From assembly GCA_964518305.1 (NCBI GenBank), contig CAZFDK010000004.1, forward strand, positions 42,986-106,985: 64,000 bases of DNA, written 5' to 3'. The notes under the pieces were generated by a model. The model was not told where the DNA came from and ran no database searches. It saw nothing but the letters and a program-made list of their open reading frames with translations. Each line of letters starts with the position of its first letter. Position 1 is the stretch's first letter. The stretch is from an uncultured Gemmatimonadota bacterium. GTDB lineage: Bacteria > Gemmatimonadota > Gemmatimonadetes > Palauibacterales > Palauibacteraceae. Shown here piece after piece: positions 38,458 through 50,119 of the stretch. The position numbers were made by a program, and so were the translations under genes.

Positions 38458-40266
38458 ATGACCTACCTGGACCTGTCTGAGAACGCGCGGCGCGTCCTCC
38501 GGGCCCGGTACCTGCTCCGCGACGACGAGGGCGAGATCTGCGAGACGCCGGAGGAGCTGCTCCGGCGGGTCGCCCGGGGCGTGGCCCACGCCGAGCTCCT
38601 CCTGGGCGACGCCGCGGCGGCCGAGAAATGGGAGCGGCGCTTCCGGGAGCTTCTGGCGAGCCGGGACTTCCTGCCCAACAGCCCCACGCTCATGAACGCG
38701 GGCACGGAGCTCGGTCAGCTCAGCGCCTGCTTCGTCCTGTCGGTGCCCGACTCCATGGAGGGCATCTTCGGCGCCCTACGGGAGATGGCCCTCATCCAGC
38801 GGAGCGGGGGAGGGACGGGCTTCTCGTTCTCCCGGCTCCGTCCCCGGGGCGACGTCATCCAGTCCACCGGGGGCACGACCCCGGGTCCGCTCTCCTTCAT
38901 CCGCATCTTCAACGCGGCGACCGAGAACATCCGCCAGGGGGGGAAGCGGCGGGGCGCCAACATGGGCGTGCTCCGCGTCGACCACCCCGACGTGATCGAG
39001 TTCGTCGAAGCCAAGCGGGAGGAAGGGGCGATCCGCAACTTCAACCTCTCGGTCGGGGTCACGGACGAGTTCATGGAGTCCGCGGCCAGCGGCGACGGCC
39101 ACGATCTCCGGAATCCCCGCACCGGCGAGGTGCAGGAGGAGGTGAACGCCGCCGCCCTCTTCCGGCGGATCGCCGACGCAGCGTGGGAGACCGGTGACCC
39201 CGGCCTTCTCTTCCTCGACACGGTGAACCGCGCTCAGCCCACGCCTCACGTGGGCCACATCGAGGCCACCAATCCCTGCGGGGAGGTCCCTCTACTCCCT
39301 TATGAATCCTGCAACCTGGGGTCGATCAACCTGGCGCACATGGTCCGGGGGCGGGGAGCTGGCGCGACGGTGGATCGGGACCGGCTGGCGAAGACCGTTC
39401 GGGTGGCCGTACGCTTCCTGGACGACGTGGTCACGGTGAACAGCTATCCCACGGAGGAGCTGGCCCGCGCCGCCCGGCGGAACCGCAAGATCGGCCTCGG
39501 GGTGATGGGGTTCGCCGAGATGCTCATCCAGCTCGGGATCTCGTACGACTCGGATCGCGCGGTCGACACGGCGGAGGACGTGATGGAACTCATCGACCGG
39601 GAGGCGCTGGAGGCGTCGAAGGAGTTGGCCCGGGAGCGCGGGGTCTACCCGGCCTGGGAGGGAAGCCGGCACCAGGAGCAGGGGCTGCGTGTCCGCAACG
39701 CGACCCGGATATCGATAGCTCCCACCGGCACGATCAGCATCCTCGCGGAGACCAGCCCCAGCATCGAGCCCCTCTTCGCCGTGGCGTATCGCCGGAAGCA
39801 CGTGCTCGAGGAGGAGGCGGAGCAGGAAGAGGGCGCTTCGGAGCCCATCGGCGAGCTCAACCCGCTCTTCCTCCGGGAGCTGGAGCGCCGCGATCTGGAT
39901 CGGGACCGCATCGTCGCCCGGGTGCTGGAGACGGGAACCCTGCAGGAGGTGGAGGGAGTGCCCGACGAGCTGCGACGGCTCTTCGTGACGGCGCTCGAGG
40001 TGCCGCCCGACCGGCACCTGGGGGTTCAGGCCGCGTTTCAGAAGCACACGGACAACTCGGTCTCGAAGACGGTCAACCTGCCGGCGGAGGTGGAGCCCGG
40101 GGACGTGGCGTCGATCTACCGCCGTGCCTGGGAGCAGGGCCTCAAGGGGATCACGATCTACCGCTTCGGGAGCAAGGAGAGCCAGGTCGTGGAGATGGGC
40201 TCCGGGGAGGAGGCCCACGAGGTGGAGCACCGGGCGGAGTGCGACCCGGACGAATGCAGGCTCTGA
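38458..40266 (+). CDS. nrdJ: Adenosylcobalamin-dependent class II ribonucleotide reductase
   Basis: FLPNSPTLMNAG, QLSAC, RRGANM, NFNLSV, TNPCGE, ESCNLGSINL, IAPTGTIS, DNSVSKTVN; no beta subunit nearby. Confidence 0.92.
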   Translation: MTYLDLSENARRVLRARYLLRDDEGEICETPEELLRRVARGVAHAELLLGDAAAAEKWERRFRELLASRDFLPNSPTLMNAGTELGQLSACFVLSVPDSMEGIFGALREMALIQRSGGGTGFSFSRLRPRGDVIQSTGGTTPGPLSFIRIFNAATENIRQGGKRRGANMGVLRVDHPDVIEFVEAKREEGAIRNFNLSVGVTDEFMESAASGDGHDLRNPRTGEVQEEVNAAALFRRIADAAWETGDPGLLFLDTVNRAQPTPHVGHIEATNPCGEVPLLPYESCNLGSINLAHMVRGRGAGATVDRDRLAKTVRVAVRFLDDVVTVNSYPTEELARAARRNRKIGLGVMGFAEMLIQLGISYDSDRAVDTAEDVMELIDREALEASKELARERGVYPAWEGSRHQEQGLRVRNATRISIAPTGTISILAETSPSIEPLFAVAYRRKHVLEEEAEQEEGASEPIGELNPLFLRELERRDLDRDRIVARVLETGTLQEVEGVPDELRRLFVTALEVPPDRHLGVQAAFQKHTDNSVSKTVNLPAEVEPGDVASIYRRAWEQGLKGITIYRFGSKESQVVEMGSGEEAHEVEHRAECDPDECRL

Positions 40267-40344
40267 GAGCGGCGCCGGGCTCCATCCGGGCCGCGCCCCG
40301 ATCCGGTGAGTCCGCCCGATCCGGCACCGATCGGAGGTTCCCGA

Positions 40345-41442
40345 TCAGCCGAGGAGGAGCAGCACGGCCGGAGCCAGAGCCAGGCCCACCGCGGCCCACG
40401 CGAAGGTGCGCCGGTCGCCCGTGACCCACTCGAGCACGCCCTCCACGAGCGCGCGGTACGGGCCGTAGGCCAACAGGGCCGCGGCCGTGATGACGGCCAC
40501 GACCCCCGCCATCAGGACCACCGTGCCCGTTCCCAGCGTCGTGGCCAGCACCAGGGCCACGAGGAGCGTGTCGGCCAGCGTGCCCAGGCTCGCTCCCATG
40601 ACGTAGGGGATGAGACGGGTGGGGCCGATCCAGCGACGGTTGTACAGGGGCACCACCACGCCGATGGAGAAGGACACGCTGGCCGTCACGGTGGTCACAC
40701 CGGCGCCCAGCAGGTACGAGATCCACCGGTTGTCCAGGTGTCCGAACCACCGGTCGCGGAGCCCGTCGGTGTCCACCGCCTCCAGCAGCCGGTCGAAGAG
40801 CTGGAGGCTCACGATCAGCAGGAGCAGGGCCAGGCCGAAGGTGGGGCCCGGGCCCAGCAGATCGGCGATCCCGGACGTGAAGGCGCTCAGAATCTCCAGG
40901 GTGGGGAGCCCCAGCGTGTCCGCTCCCAGAGCCGCGACGACCGGCCCGGGGAGCTCGCGCAGAAGCACGTAGCCCGCCGCGGTGGCCGGCAGATACAGGG
41001 TATGGGTCACGATGAGCGTCAGGAGGCCGAGTCCCAGCGACTCACGCAGGCTCTGCCGTCGGTGCTTCAGATGGTCCAGCGCCCCCATGAGAATCACGAA
41101 GGCGGAGGCGCCGAGCCTGGAGCCCGCCAGCACCAGGAACGCATGCTCCAGCGGGAGGACGCCCGACGCGTACAGGGAGAGGCCCAGGGCGGCGACCACG
41201 GATCCGTTGAGGAGCACGTAGGTGGCGAGCCAACCCAGTCCCAGGGCCGCCACCGGGCCGCCCACCAGGGAGGGGAGATGGTCGGTGAGGAAGGGAGAGA
41301 GGGCCCGGGTGGCCGCCCCGAGCAGCCGGACGGCGAAGAGGAACAGGGCCACGACCAGCAGCGCGCGCAGCCACCGCACGAACACTCCCGGCCGCTCGTA
41401 GCGCCCCCCTCTGTACTCCCGCTCTGTCTCGTCCCGGTCCAT
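40345..41442 (-). CDS. Na/Pi-cotransporter-like membrane protein
   Basis: Multi-TM with two repeats, LGWLATYVLLNGSVVAAL / GSRLGAS and LGAGVT..TASVSFSI / GASLGT; family call tentative. Confidence 0.65.
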   Translation of the reverse strand: MDRDETEREYRGGRYERPGVFVRWLRALLVVALFLFAVRLLGAATRALSPFLTDHLPSLVGGPVAALGLGWLATYVLLNGSVVAALGLSLYASGVLPLEHAFLVLAGSRLGASAFVILMGALDHLKHRRQSLRESLGLGLLTLIVTHTLYLPATAAGYVLLRELPGPVVAALGADTLGLPTLEILSAFTSGIADLLGPGPTFGLALLLLIVSLQLFDRLLEAVDTDGLRDRWFGHLDNRWISYLLGAGVTTVTASVSFSIGVVVPLYNRRWIGPTRLIPYVMGASLGTLADTLLVALVLATTLGTGTVVLMAGVVAVITAAALLAYGPYRALVEGVLEWVTGDRRTFAWAAVGLALAPAVLLLLG

Positions 41443-41510
41443 GCCGCTCCTCGCCGCGCCACGGTGTAACCGCCCGTCCGTCCATGAGCGGGCAGGGGCC
41501 TCCCGACTCC

Positions 41511-41537
41511 TCTTGATCGGCCAGGACCCGGTCAAGA
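41511..41537. repeat. Inverted repeat TCTTGATCGG-N7-CCGGTCAAGA
   Basis: 9/10 match arms; overlaps the -10 and predicted start site of the minus-strand promoter. Confidence 0.55.
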
Positions 41538-41602
41538 TAGGGCGTCACCGCCGGCCTCCCCATCGGGAATCGCCCCCGATCCCGGGTGGGGGATCTCCCC
41601 CG
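41534..41602 (-). promoter_or_regulatory. Phased-box promoter of the Na/Pi-like gene
   Basis: Boxes GGTGGG-GGATCT-CCCCCG (41585-602) and ATCGGG-AATCGC-CCCCGA (41562-79); TATCTT at 41539>34; gaps 45 and 22 nt. Confidence 0.7.
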
Positions 41603-41620
41603 TAGGCGGAGATCCCCCAC
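41586..41620. repeat. Perfect 13-bp inverted repeat GTGGGGGATCTCC-N9-GGAGATCCCCCAC
   Basis: Exact reverse-complement arms, formed by two back-to-back boxes. Confidence 0.85.
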
Positions 41621-41694
41621 ATCGCTGTGCTTGCTCCTCCCACGAGCACTTCGACGTCCTCCCGACAGACGTCCTCGCTTCCGCGAGGCACGTT
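41604..41694 (+). promoter_or_regulatory. Phased-box promoter of the N-ATPase operon
   Basis: Box ends CCCACA (41621), CCCACG (41644), CCCGAC (41666); CACGTT at 41689-94; gaps 44 and 22 nt. Confidence 0.6.
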
Positions 41695-41802
41695 TGAAGG
41701 TGCCGTACCGAGAGCCGGGACGGGGGGAGCGATCATCCGTTCCCGGCGCAGCGCGGTCCACTGCCCTCCTCCGACCGGCCGTCCGCTATCCGAGGTGACA
41801 CC

Positions 41803-42030
41803 ATGTACACGCTGGTCCGAGACGAAGACGGAGCAACGGAAGTTCACATCCACGGCTCCACGTCCGGCCTGTCGCCGGAGGAGGCCCGCCGCCTCCTCGT
41901 CGGTCTCAGCCCCGTGCTCGCGAAGTTGCGCCGGCGCGCCTACGACCTTCCCCCGGCTGGGCCCGATCCCTTCCCGAGATCCCGCGCGGAGCGCGACGCG
42001 GGGCGGAAACCGCTGGGCATCGAGTCGTAG
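41803..42030 (+). CDS. Hypothetical 75-aa protein heading the N-ATPase operon
   Basis: GAGGTG SD 5 nt upstream of ATG, GC-typical codons, stop 15 nt before atpD. Confidence 0.6.
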   Translation: MYTLVRDEDGATEVHIHGSTSGLSPEEARRLLVGLSPVLAKLRRRAYDLPPAGPDPFPRSRAERDAGRKPLGIES

Positions 42031-43839
<1,809 letters not shown>

Positions 43840-43853
<14 letters not shown>

Positions 43854-44163
43854 GAACAACCGACGGGAGCCGCTGGACGAGACCGTGGGCGACAAGGCCC
43901 GCCGCAAGATGGACGCGCGCAGGCAAGGGGACCGGGGGGTGTGGTTCGGACTGGGCATGTTCGGACTCGTCGGGTGGTCCGTGGCGGTTCCGACCCTGCT
44001 CGGGATCGGGATCGGGATGTTCCTGGATGCCCGCCTCACCGGCGGACCCGGCACCGTCTCCTGGACCCTGACGGGGCTCGTGGTGGGCATCCTGGTGGGC
44101 TGCGCCAATGCCTGGTACTGGGTGCGGCGCGAGAGTGACGGCCAGGGGGGGCGGGACCGGTGA
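43840..44163 (+). CDS. atpQ: N-ATPase AtpQ (AtpZ/AtpI-like)
   Basis: GLGMFGLVGWSVAVPTL, two TM, gene order. Confidence 0.85.
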
Positions 44164-44492
44164 TCGCTGCGGCGACGGGCGGCGTGGCCGGAGTGGTTCT
44201 CGGCGGCCTCTACTTCGGTGGACTGTGGATCACCCTGAACCGGGCCCCGTCGGCGCGCCGTCCGGGGCTGCTGCTGGTGGGGAGCTACGCGCTCCGGCTC
44301 GCGGTCGCAGCGGTCGGTTTCGGGCTGCTCGCCTCCCTCGGGATCCTCCCCGCGGCGGCCGGGCTCGCGGGCTTTCTCGTGGTCCGGGGCGTGATGATCG
44401 GTCGATTGCGCCCGGATCCGGAAGGCGCCCCGGCTCCCCCGCCGCTCGCGAGGAAGGGCGAAGGAGCCCCGGACACCGAGAGGGAGGGCTGA
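44160..44492 (+). CDS. atpR: N-ATPase AtpR membrane subunit
   Basis: GGLYFGGLW.T, SYALR; three TM; gene order. Confidence 0.8.
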   Translation: MIAAATGGVAGVVLGGLYFGGLWITLNRAPSARRPGLLLVGSYALRLAVAAVGFGLLASLGILPAAAGLAGFLVVRGVMIGRLRPDPEGAPAPPPLARKGEGAPDTEREG

Positions 44493-44496
44493 CGCC

Positions 44497-45198
44497 GTGC
44501 TCCCCGACCCCGATGCGGCGGTCCTGTGGGCCTGGGGTCCGCTCCAGGTGAACGTGACCCTCGCCATGACCTGGGCGCTGATGGCCGTCCTGGCGGCCGG
44601 GTCCTGGCTCGTGACCCGGCGGATCAGGGCGCGCGAGGAGCCGTCGCGCTGGCAGCTCCTGCTGGAGATGGTGGTCGCCCAGATGCGGTCCCAGGTACGG
44701 GAGGCCGGCGCCGAGGACCCGGACCCGTACCTGGCCTTCGTCGGAACGCTGTTCCTCTTCATCGCGGGAGCCTCCGTCCTGGGGATCGTCCCCGGCTACA
44801 CGCCGCCCACGGTCTCCCTGTCCACCACCGGAGCGCTGGCGGCCACCGTCTTCGTGGCCATTCCGGCGTTCGCCATCGCGGCGCGTGGAGGGAAGGAGTA
44901 CCTGCGGGATTACGTCCGACCGACGCCCCTCATGCTCCCGTTCCACGTGGTGGGGGAGTTCTCGCGCACCCTGGCCCTGGCCGTACGCCTGTTCGGCAAC
45001 ATCATGAGCGGACAGCTGATCGTCGGCATCGTCCTCTCCATCGTCCCCTTCCTGTTCCCGGCCGTCTTGCACGGATTCGGGCTGCTGATCGGGCTGATCC
45101 AGGCCTACGTGTTCGGGATGCTGGCCCTGGTCTACGTCCTCTCCGCCGTGCGGAGCCACAGGGCCCGGCGGCCGTCGGAGCAGGACGGTATCTTCTGA
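44497..45198 (+). CDS. atpB: N-ATPase a subunit
   Basis: GEFSRTLALAVRLFGNIMSG (essential Arg), IQAYVF. Confidence 0.93.
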   Translation: MLPDPDAAVLWAWGPLQVNVTLAMTWALMAVLAAGSWLVTRRIRAREEPSRWQLLLEMVVAQMRSQVREAGAEDPDPYLAFVGTLFLFIAGASVLGIVPGYTPPTVSLSTTGALAATVFVAIPAFAIAARGGKEYLRDYVRPTPLMLPFHVVGEFSRTLALAVRLFGNIMSGQLIVGIVLSIVPFLFPAVLHGFGLLIGLIQAYVFGMLALVYVLSAVRSHRARRPSEQDGIF

Positions 45199-45227
45199 AA
45201 GAACATTAGATAAAACTGGTGAAATAC

Positions 45228-45503
45228 ATGGGTAGCATTGAGTTGATAGGAATAGTATCGATCGCCGTGGCAGGCCTCACGATCGCCGTCGGCACCATCG
45301 CTCCGGCCCTCGGCGAAGCCCGGGCCCTGGACCGGGCGCTGAATTCCATGGCCCAGCAGCCCGATCTGTCGAACAACATCACGCGCACGCTGTTCGTGGG
45401 GCTGGCGATGATCGAGTCGACGGCCATCTACTGCCTGGTGGTCGCGCTCATCCTCGTCTTCGCCAACCCCTTCTGGAACCACGTCGTGGCCGCCGCGGGC
45501 TGA
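45228..45503 (+). CDS. atpE: N-ATPase c subunit with Na+-type ligand set
   Basis: PALGE in helix 1 and ESTAIY in helix 2. Confidence 0.95.
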   Translation: MGSIELIGIVSIAVAGLTIAVGTIAPALGEARALDRALNSMAQQPDLSNNITRTLFVGLAMIESTAIYCLVVALILVFANPFWNHVVAAAG

Positions 45504-45506
45504 TCC

Positions 45507-46286
45507 GTGGAGATCGACTGGTTCACGTTCGGGGCGCAGGTCCTGAACTTCGTGATCCTCGTCTTCCTCCTGCGCCGGTTCCTGTACGAGCCCGTGACGG
45601 AGGCCATCGATCGCCGGGAGGAGCGGATCCGCCGCCGGCAGGAGGAGGCCGAGCGTCGGCGCCGCGAGGCCCGGCGGGAGGCCGAGTCGTACCGGGAGGA
45701 GCGGCGCGAGCTGGAGGCGGCTCGCGAGGAGAAGCTCCGCGAGGCCGAGCGGGAGGCCGAGCGCCTCCGTGAGAGGCTGGAGGAGGAGGCCCGGGAGGAG
45801 GCCGACGAATCCCGGGACCGGTGGCGGCGCGCCGTGGAGCGGGAGCGCGAGAGCCTCCTGGAGGAGCTGCAGGAGCGGATCGCGGACCACGCCCTGGCCA
45901 CCACCCGGAGTCTCCTGCAGCAGCTGGCCGGGCGCGACCTGGAGAGGGAGGCCGTGCGGACGTTCGCCCGCCGGCTGTCCGGGCTGGACGAGGAGGAGGC
46001 GACGAGCTTCGTCGAGGCCGTTCGGGAGTCGGACGGCGAAGCGGGAGTGTACACCCGTTTCGAGCTGGACGCCGACTCCCGGGAAGTGCTCGGGGAGGCG
46101 GTGCAGGAGCGACTGGGGCCGGGACTCGACCTGGACTTCGACACCTCGGACGGGATCGTGCTGGGGGTGGAGCTTCGGGCGGGGGACCGAAAGATCGCGT
46201 GGAGCGCCGGCGATCGTCTCGACCTTGCCGAGCGGGAGGTCTCCGACCTCATCGAAGCCGACAGCCGGAGCCAGGAAGACACGTGA
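45507..46286 (+). CDS. atpF: N-ATPase b subunit (long, delta-like C-terminus)
   Basis: [20 protein letters not shown], coiled coil, C-terminal [14 protein letters not shown]. Confidence 0.9.
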   Translation: MEIDWFTFGAQVLNFVILVFLLRRFLYEPVTEAIDRREERIRRRQEEAERRRREARREAESYREERRELEAAREEKLREAEREAERLRERLEEEAREEADESRDRWRRAVERERESLLEELQERIADHALATTRSLLQQLAGRDLEREAVRTFARRLSGLDEEEATSFVEAVRESDGEAGVYTRFELDADSREVLGEAVQERLGPGLDLDFDTSDGIVLGVELRAGDRKIAWSAGDRLDLAEREVSDLIEADSRSQEDT

Positions 46287-47794
46287 CCTCGCTCGGCGAG
46301 GCCGTTCGGCGTCCGCTGGCGGCGATGGAGCGGGTCGTCACGGAGGCGGGACGCCGGCCGCGAGTACGCGAGTACGGAGTGGTCCGCTCCGTCGACTCGG
46401 ACGTCGTTCGCGTATCGGGACTCTCCGGGGCCGGCCGCGACGAGCTGCTCCGTTTTCCGGGCGGTGAGGTGGGCCTGGCCTTCGACCTCGACCCGGGCGG
46501 GATCGGGGTCGTGCTCCTGGATTCGGCCCGGGGGGTCGAGGCCGGACAGGAAGTCCGCCGCACCGGGAGGCAGTTCGACGTGCCGGTGGGGGAGGAGCTC
46601 CTGGGACGAGTGGTGGACGGGGGCGGGCGTCCCCTGGACGACCGGGGCCCGGTGGGTGCCGCGCACCGACTCCCCGTGCATCGGGAAGCGCCTCCGATCA
46701 TGAGCCGTGCCCCGGTGTCGGAGCCGCTGCAAACCGGCGTGAAGGCCGTGGACGCCCTGGTACCCGTGGGGCGCGGGCAGCGGGAGCTCGTGGTGGGTGA
46801 CCGACAGACCGGCAAGACCACGCTGGCGGTGGACACGATCGTGAACCAGGCGACGTCCGGCGTGCCGTGCGTCTACTGCGCCCTGGGACAGCGGACTGCC
46901 GCGGTGGCTCGGGTCCTGGAGCACCTGCGGCAGTCGGGGGCCATGGAGAACAGCGTCGTCGTGGTGGCCGGCGGAGACGACCCCCCGGCGCTCCAGTACG
47001 TGGCCCCCTATGCGGCGACCTCCATGGCCGAGCACTTCACCGAGAACGGCCGTGACGTCCTCGTCGTCTACGACGACCTGACCCGTCACGCACGCGCTTA
47101 CCGCGAGCTGTCCCTCCTGCTTCGGCGACCGCCGGCCCGTGAGGCGTTTCCGGGCGACGTGTTCCACGTCCAAGCCCGACTCCTGGAACGCGCCACCCGG
47201 CTCAGGGAGGAGGAGGGCGGCGGGTCCCTGACCGCGCTGCCCGTGGTGGAGACGGAAGCGCAGAACCTGTCGGCGTACATCCCCACGAACCTGATCTCCA
47301 TCACCGACGGCCAGATCTACCTGTCCCCGGAGCTCTTCCGCCGGGGCATGCTGCCGGCGGTGGACGTGGAGCGCTCGGTCTCGCGGGTGGGGGGACGGGC
47401 GCAGCTCCCGGCCTATCGCGAGGTCGTGGCCGACCTGAAGCTGGCGTACTCGCAGTTCCTGGAGCTGGAAGTCTTCTCGCGCTTCTCAACCCAGCTGGAC
47501 GAGGAGACGCGGGCGAAGCTGGAGAGGGGCAGGCGGGTGCGGGAGGTGCTCAAGCAGCGCGAGGGCGAGCCGGTCCCGCCCGCCGAGCAGGTGGCGGTCC
47601 TGCTGGCGGCCACGGCCGGCGCGCTGGACGAGGTCCCGCTGGAGGAGATCGGGGCCGCCGAGCGTCGCGTGCGCTCGGCGGTCCGCGACAAACTGCCCGA
47701 TCTGTGCGAGCGCATCGAGGAGGGGGTGGAGCTGGCCGAGAACGACGTCGATCGCCTGCTGGAGGCCGTCCGGACGGCGGCGGCCCGGGGCTGA
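46283..47794 (+). CDS. atpA: N-ATPase F1 alpha subunit
   Basis: [46 protein letters not shown]. Confidence 0.95.
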   Translation: MTSLGEAVRRPLAAMERVVTEAGRRPRVREYGVVRSVDSDVVRVSGLSGAGRDELLRFPGGEVGLAFDLDPGGIGVVLLDSARGVEAGQEVRRTGRQFDVPVGEELLGRVVDGGGRPLDDRGPVGAAHRLPVHREAPPIMSRAPVSEPLQTGVKAVDALVPVGRGQRELVVGDRQTGKTTLAVDTIVNQATSGVPCVYCALGQRTAAVARVLEHLRQSGAMENSVVVVAGGDDPPALQYVAPYAATSMAEHFTENGRDVLVVYDDLTRHARAYRELSLLLRRPPAREAFPGDVFHVQARLLERATRLREEEGGGSLTALPVVETEAQNLSAYIPTNLISITDGQIYLSPELFRRGMLPAVDVERSVSRVGGRAQLPAYREVVADLKLAYSQFLELEVFSRFSTQLDEETRAKLERGRRVREVLKQREGEPVPPAEQVAVLLAATAGALDEVPLEEIGAAERRVRSAVRDKLPDLCERIEEGVELAENDVDRLLEAVRTAAARG

Positions 47795-47804
47795 AGGGAC
47801 CGCC

Positions 47805-48737
47805 ATGGAGAGGAAGGAGCGGCTTCGGAAGCGGGTGGACGCGGCGGAGAGTCTGCATTCGATCGCCGGAGCCATGAAGGCCCTGGCCTCGGTCCGGATC
47901 CGGGGGTTCCGGGACGCCGTCGCCTCCCTGGAGGAGTATCGCGCCAGCCTGGAGCTCGGGTTCCAGGTGGCGCTACGGGACGTCCCCGGCGGGCGGCGGG
48001 CGGGACGCGCCGCGGCGGGCGCGCTCGTCGAGGAGCAGGAGGGGAGGCCGGCAGGCGTCGTGATCTTCGGGTCGGACCTGGGGCTCGTCGGTCAGTTCAA
48101 CGAGCGGATCGCCTCGTTCGCCGCCGCCCGCCTCCGGGAACGGGACGATCCGGTGCGGGTGGCAGCGGTGGGCAGGCGGCTGGTGCCCCATCTGCGGAGC
48201 CACGGCGTGGAGCCGGCGACCGTCCTGCCGGTGGCCGCCGGCTCCTCCCGCCTTACGGGGCTCGCCCGTGAGCTCCTGCTCACCGTCGAGCGGTGGCGAG
48301 GCGAGGGAGCGGAGCGGGTGGCGGTCACGCACCACGCCTACCGCCGTGGAACCTCCTACGGGCCCCGCTGGCAGCTTCTCCTCCCCCTGGACCCGGCCTG
48401 GCTGGCCGAGCTCGTGGACCGGCCGTGGCCCACGCGGGTGATTCCCACGTACCGGGCTCCCTGGGAAACGCTGTTCGGCTTCCTCGTCCGCGAGCATCTC
48501 AACGTCTCCATGGTCCGGGCGGCGGCGGAGTCCCAGGCCTCCGAGCATGCGGGCCGGCTGGCCGCCATGGAGCGGGCCGAGAGCCGGATCGAGGAGCACG
48601 TGGGGCAGCTGCGGCAGGAGCTCAGGGACCGGCGACAGGAGGCGATCACCGAGGAGTTGATGGACCTGATGACCGGATACCGGGCGGCCGAGGAGGGAGA
48701 GGAGCGGCGCAGGGGCCGTCGCGAAGGCGAGCCGTGA
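47805..48737 (+). CDS. atpG: N-ATPase gamma subunit
   Basis: AMKALA, GSDLGLVGQFN, SEHAGRLAAM, RQEAITEEL. Confidence 0.92.
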   Translation: MERKERLRKRVDAAESLHSIAGAMKALASVRIRGFRDAVASLEEYRASLELGFQVALRDVPGGRRAGRAAAGALVEEQEGRPAGVVIFGSDLGLVGQFNERIASFAAARLRERDDPVRVAAVGRRLVPHLRSHGVEPATVLPVAAGSSRLTGLARELLLTVERWRGEGAERVAVTHHAYRRGTSYGPRWQLLLPLDPAWLAELVDRPWPTRVIPTYRAPWETLFGFLVREHLNVSMVRAAAESQASEHAGRLAAMERAESRIEEHVGQLRQELRDRRQEAITEELMDLMTGYRAAEEGEERRRGRREGEP

Positions 48738-48745
48738 CCGGAGGC

Positions 48746-50119
48746 TCAGCCGCCGGTCTCGGCGATCACCCGCTCCCGCACGTCGTGCTCGTACTCGGCC
48801 AGCTCCCGCGATACCTCCACGGGGTAGGGCCGCTCGGCGGGCTCGACGCGTCCAATCCTCTCCGGCAGGCGCTCCAGCTCCAGGCGGCAGCGCTCGCGCG
48901 CCTCGTCCAGGTCGGTGCGCCCGGCCGACGTCCGCTCTCCGTCGTCCATGACGGTGCGGAGGAGCGGTCGGCCCTGCGGCGGTTCCTCGCCCTGCCGGGC
49001 GATCACGTCGCCCGCGTACTCGCCGTCCTCCTCGCGCCGGTAGACCTGCTTGGGCCCGGGGAGGATCTTCTTGCCGGTCGACAGCTTGAGGCGTCCCCGG
49101 CCGGCGTAGGCGGTGAGCTTGTAGGCCATGTCCAGGGAGGGCGCGTCCCGGGCGGTGCCCATCCGCGTCCCGACGCCGAAGCCGGTGATGGGAGCGTCCC
49201 TCTCCACGATCTCGGCGATCTCGTGCTCGTCCAGCCCCCCGGAGGCGAAGATCTCGATTTCCTCCAGGCCCGCCCGATCCAGGATCTCCCGTGCTTCGAA
49301 GGCCAGCTGGGCCAGGTCGCCGGAATCCAGGCGCACGGCCCGCACGCGGAAGTCGTCCCCGAGCTCCTGCCCCAGCTCCACGACCTTTCGGACGCCGTCC
49401 AGCGTGTCATAGGTGTCCACCAGGAGAACGGTGTCCGGGTACTCCTCCGCGAACGCCCGAAAGGCCTCCAGCTCGTCGTCGTGAGACTGCACGTAGCTGT
49501 GGGCCATGGTTCCGGTGATCGGTACGCCGTAGGCCTGTCCCGCCAGCACGTTGCTGGTGGCCGCGACCCCGGCGATGTGGTAGGCCCGGGCCCCCTTCAT
49601 CCCTGCGTCGGTTCCGTGCATCCGCCGGAGGCCGAAGTCGACCACGGCCCGCTCGCCGGCCGCCTCCACGATCCGGGCGGCCTTGGACGCCAGGACGCTC
49701 TGGAAGTGCACCTGGTTCATGACGAACGTCTCCGCCAGCTGGGCCTCCGGCATCGGACCGGTGACCTCGAGCAGCGGCTCGTACGGGAAGACCGCCGTGC
49801 CCTCGGGCATGGCGCGGACGCGGCCCGTGAACTCGAAGTCGGCGAGCCAGTCCACGAACCCGCGGCTGAATTCCTCGCGACCGGCCAGGTACTCGAGCCC
49901 CTCCTCCGGGAAGCTCACCCTCTCGAGGTACCGGAGGGCGTCGTCGAGCCCGGCGGCCACGATGTAGTCGCGGGACTCGGGGAGGCGGCGGTAGTAGAGG
50001 CTGAACACCGCGTCCCGATCCATACCCTCGCGCCAGTAGGCCTGGAGCATCGTGAGCTCGTACAGATCCGTCAGGAGGGCGGCGTTCCGGTCGTCCACCC
50101 ATGGGGTCGGCTCGTCCAT
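48746..50119 (-). CDS. pncB: Nicotinate phosphoribosyltransferase (Rv0573c-like)
   Basis: LLTDLYELTM, DFGLRRMHG, GTMAHS, LLVDTYD, VRLDSGD, FASGGLDE, GFGVGT. Confidence 0.93.
   Translation of the reverse strand: MDEPTPWVDDRNAALLTDLYELTMLQAYWREGMDRDAVFSLYYRRLPESRDYIVAAGLDDALRYLERVSFPEEGLEYLAGREEFSRGFVDWLADFEFTGRVRAMPEGTAVFPYEPLLEVTGPMPEAQLAETFVMNQVHFQSVLASKAARIVEAAGERAVVDFGLRRMHGTDAGMKGARAYHIAGVAATSNVLAGQAYGVPITGTMAHSYVQSHDDELEAFRAFAEEYPDTVLLVDTYDTLDGVRKVVELGQELGDDFRVRAVRLDSGDLAQLAFEAREILDRAGLEEIEIFASGGLDEHEIAEIVERDAPITGFGVGTRMGTARDAPSLDMAYKLTAYAGRGRLKLSTGKKILPGPKQVYRREEDGEYAGDVIARQGEEPPQGRPLLRTVMDDGERTSAGRTDLDEARERCRLELERLPERIGRVEPAERPYPVEVSRELAEYEHDVRERVIAETGG

Noticed and set aside
41513-41535. 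FNR/CRP box (TTGAT...GTCAA)
   Set aside because: The spacer is 13 nt rather than 4, so it is kept only as an unassigned inverted repeat.
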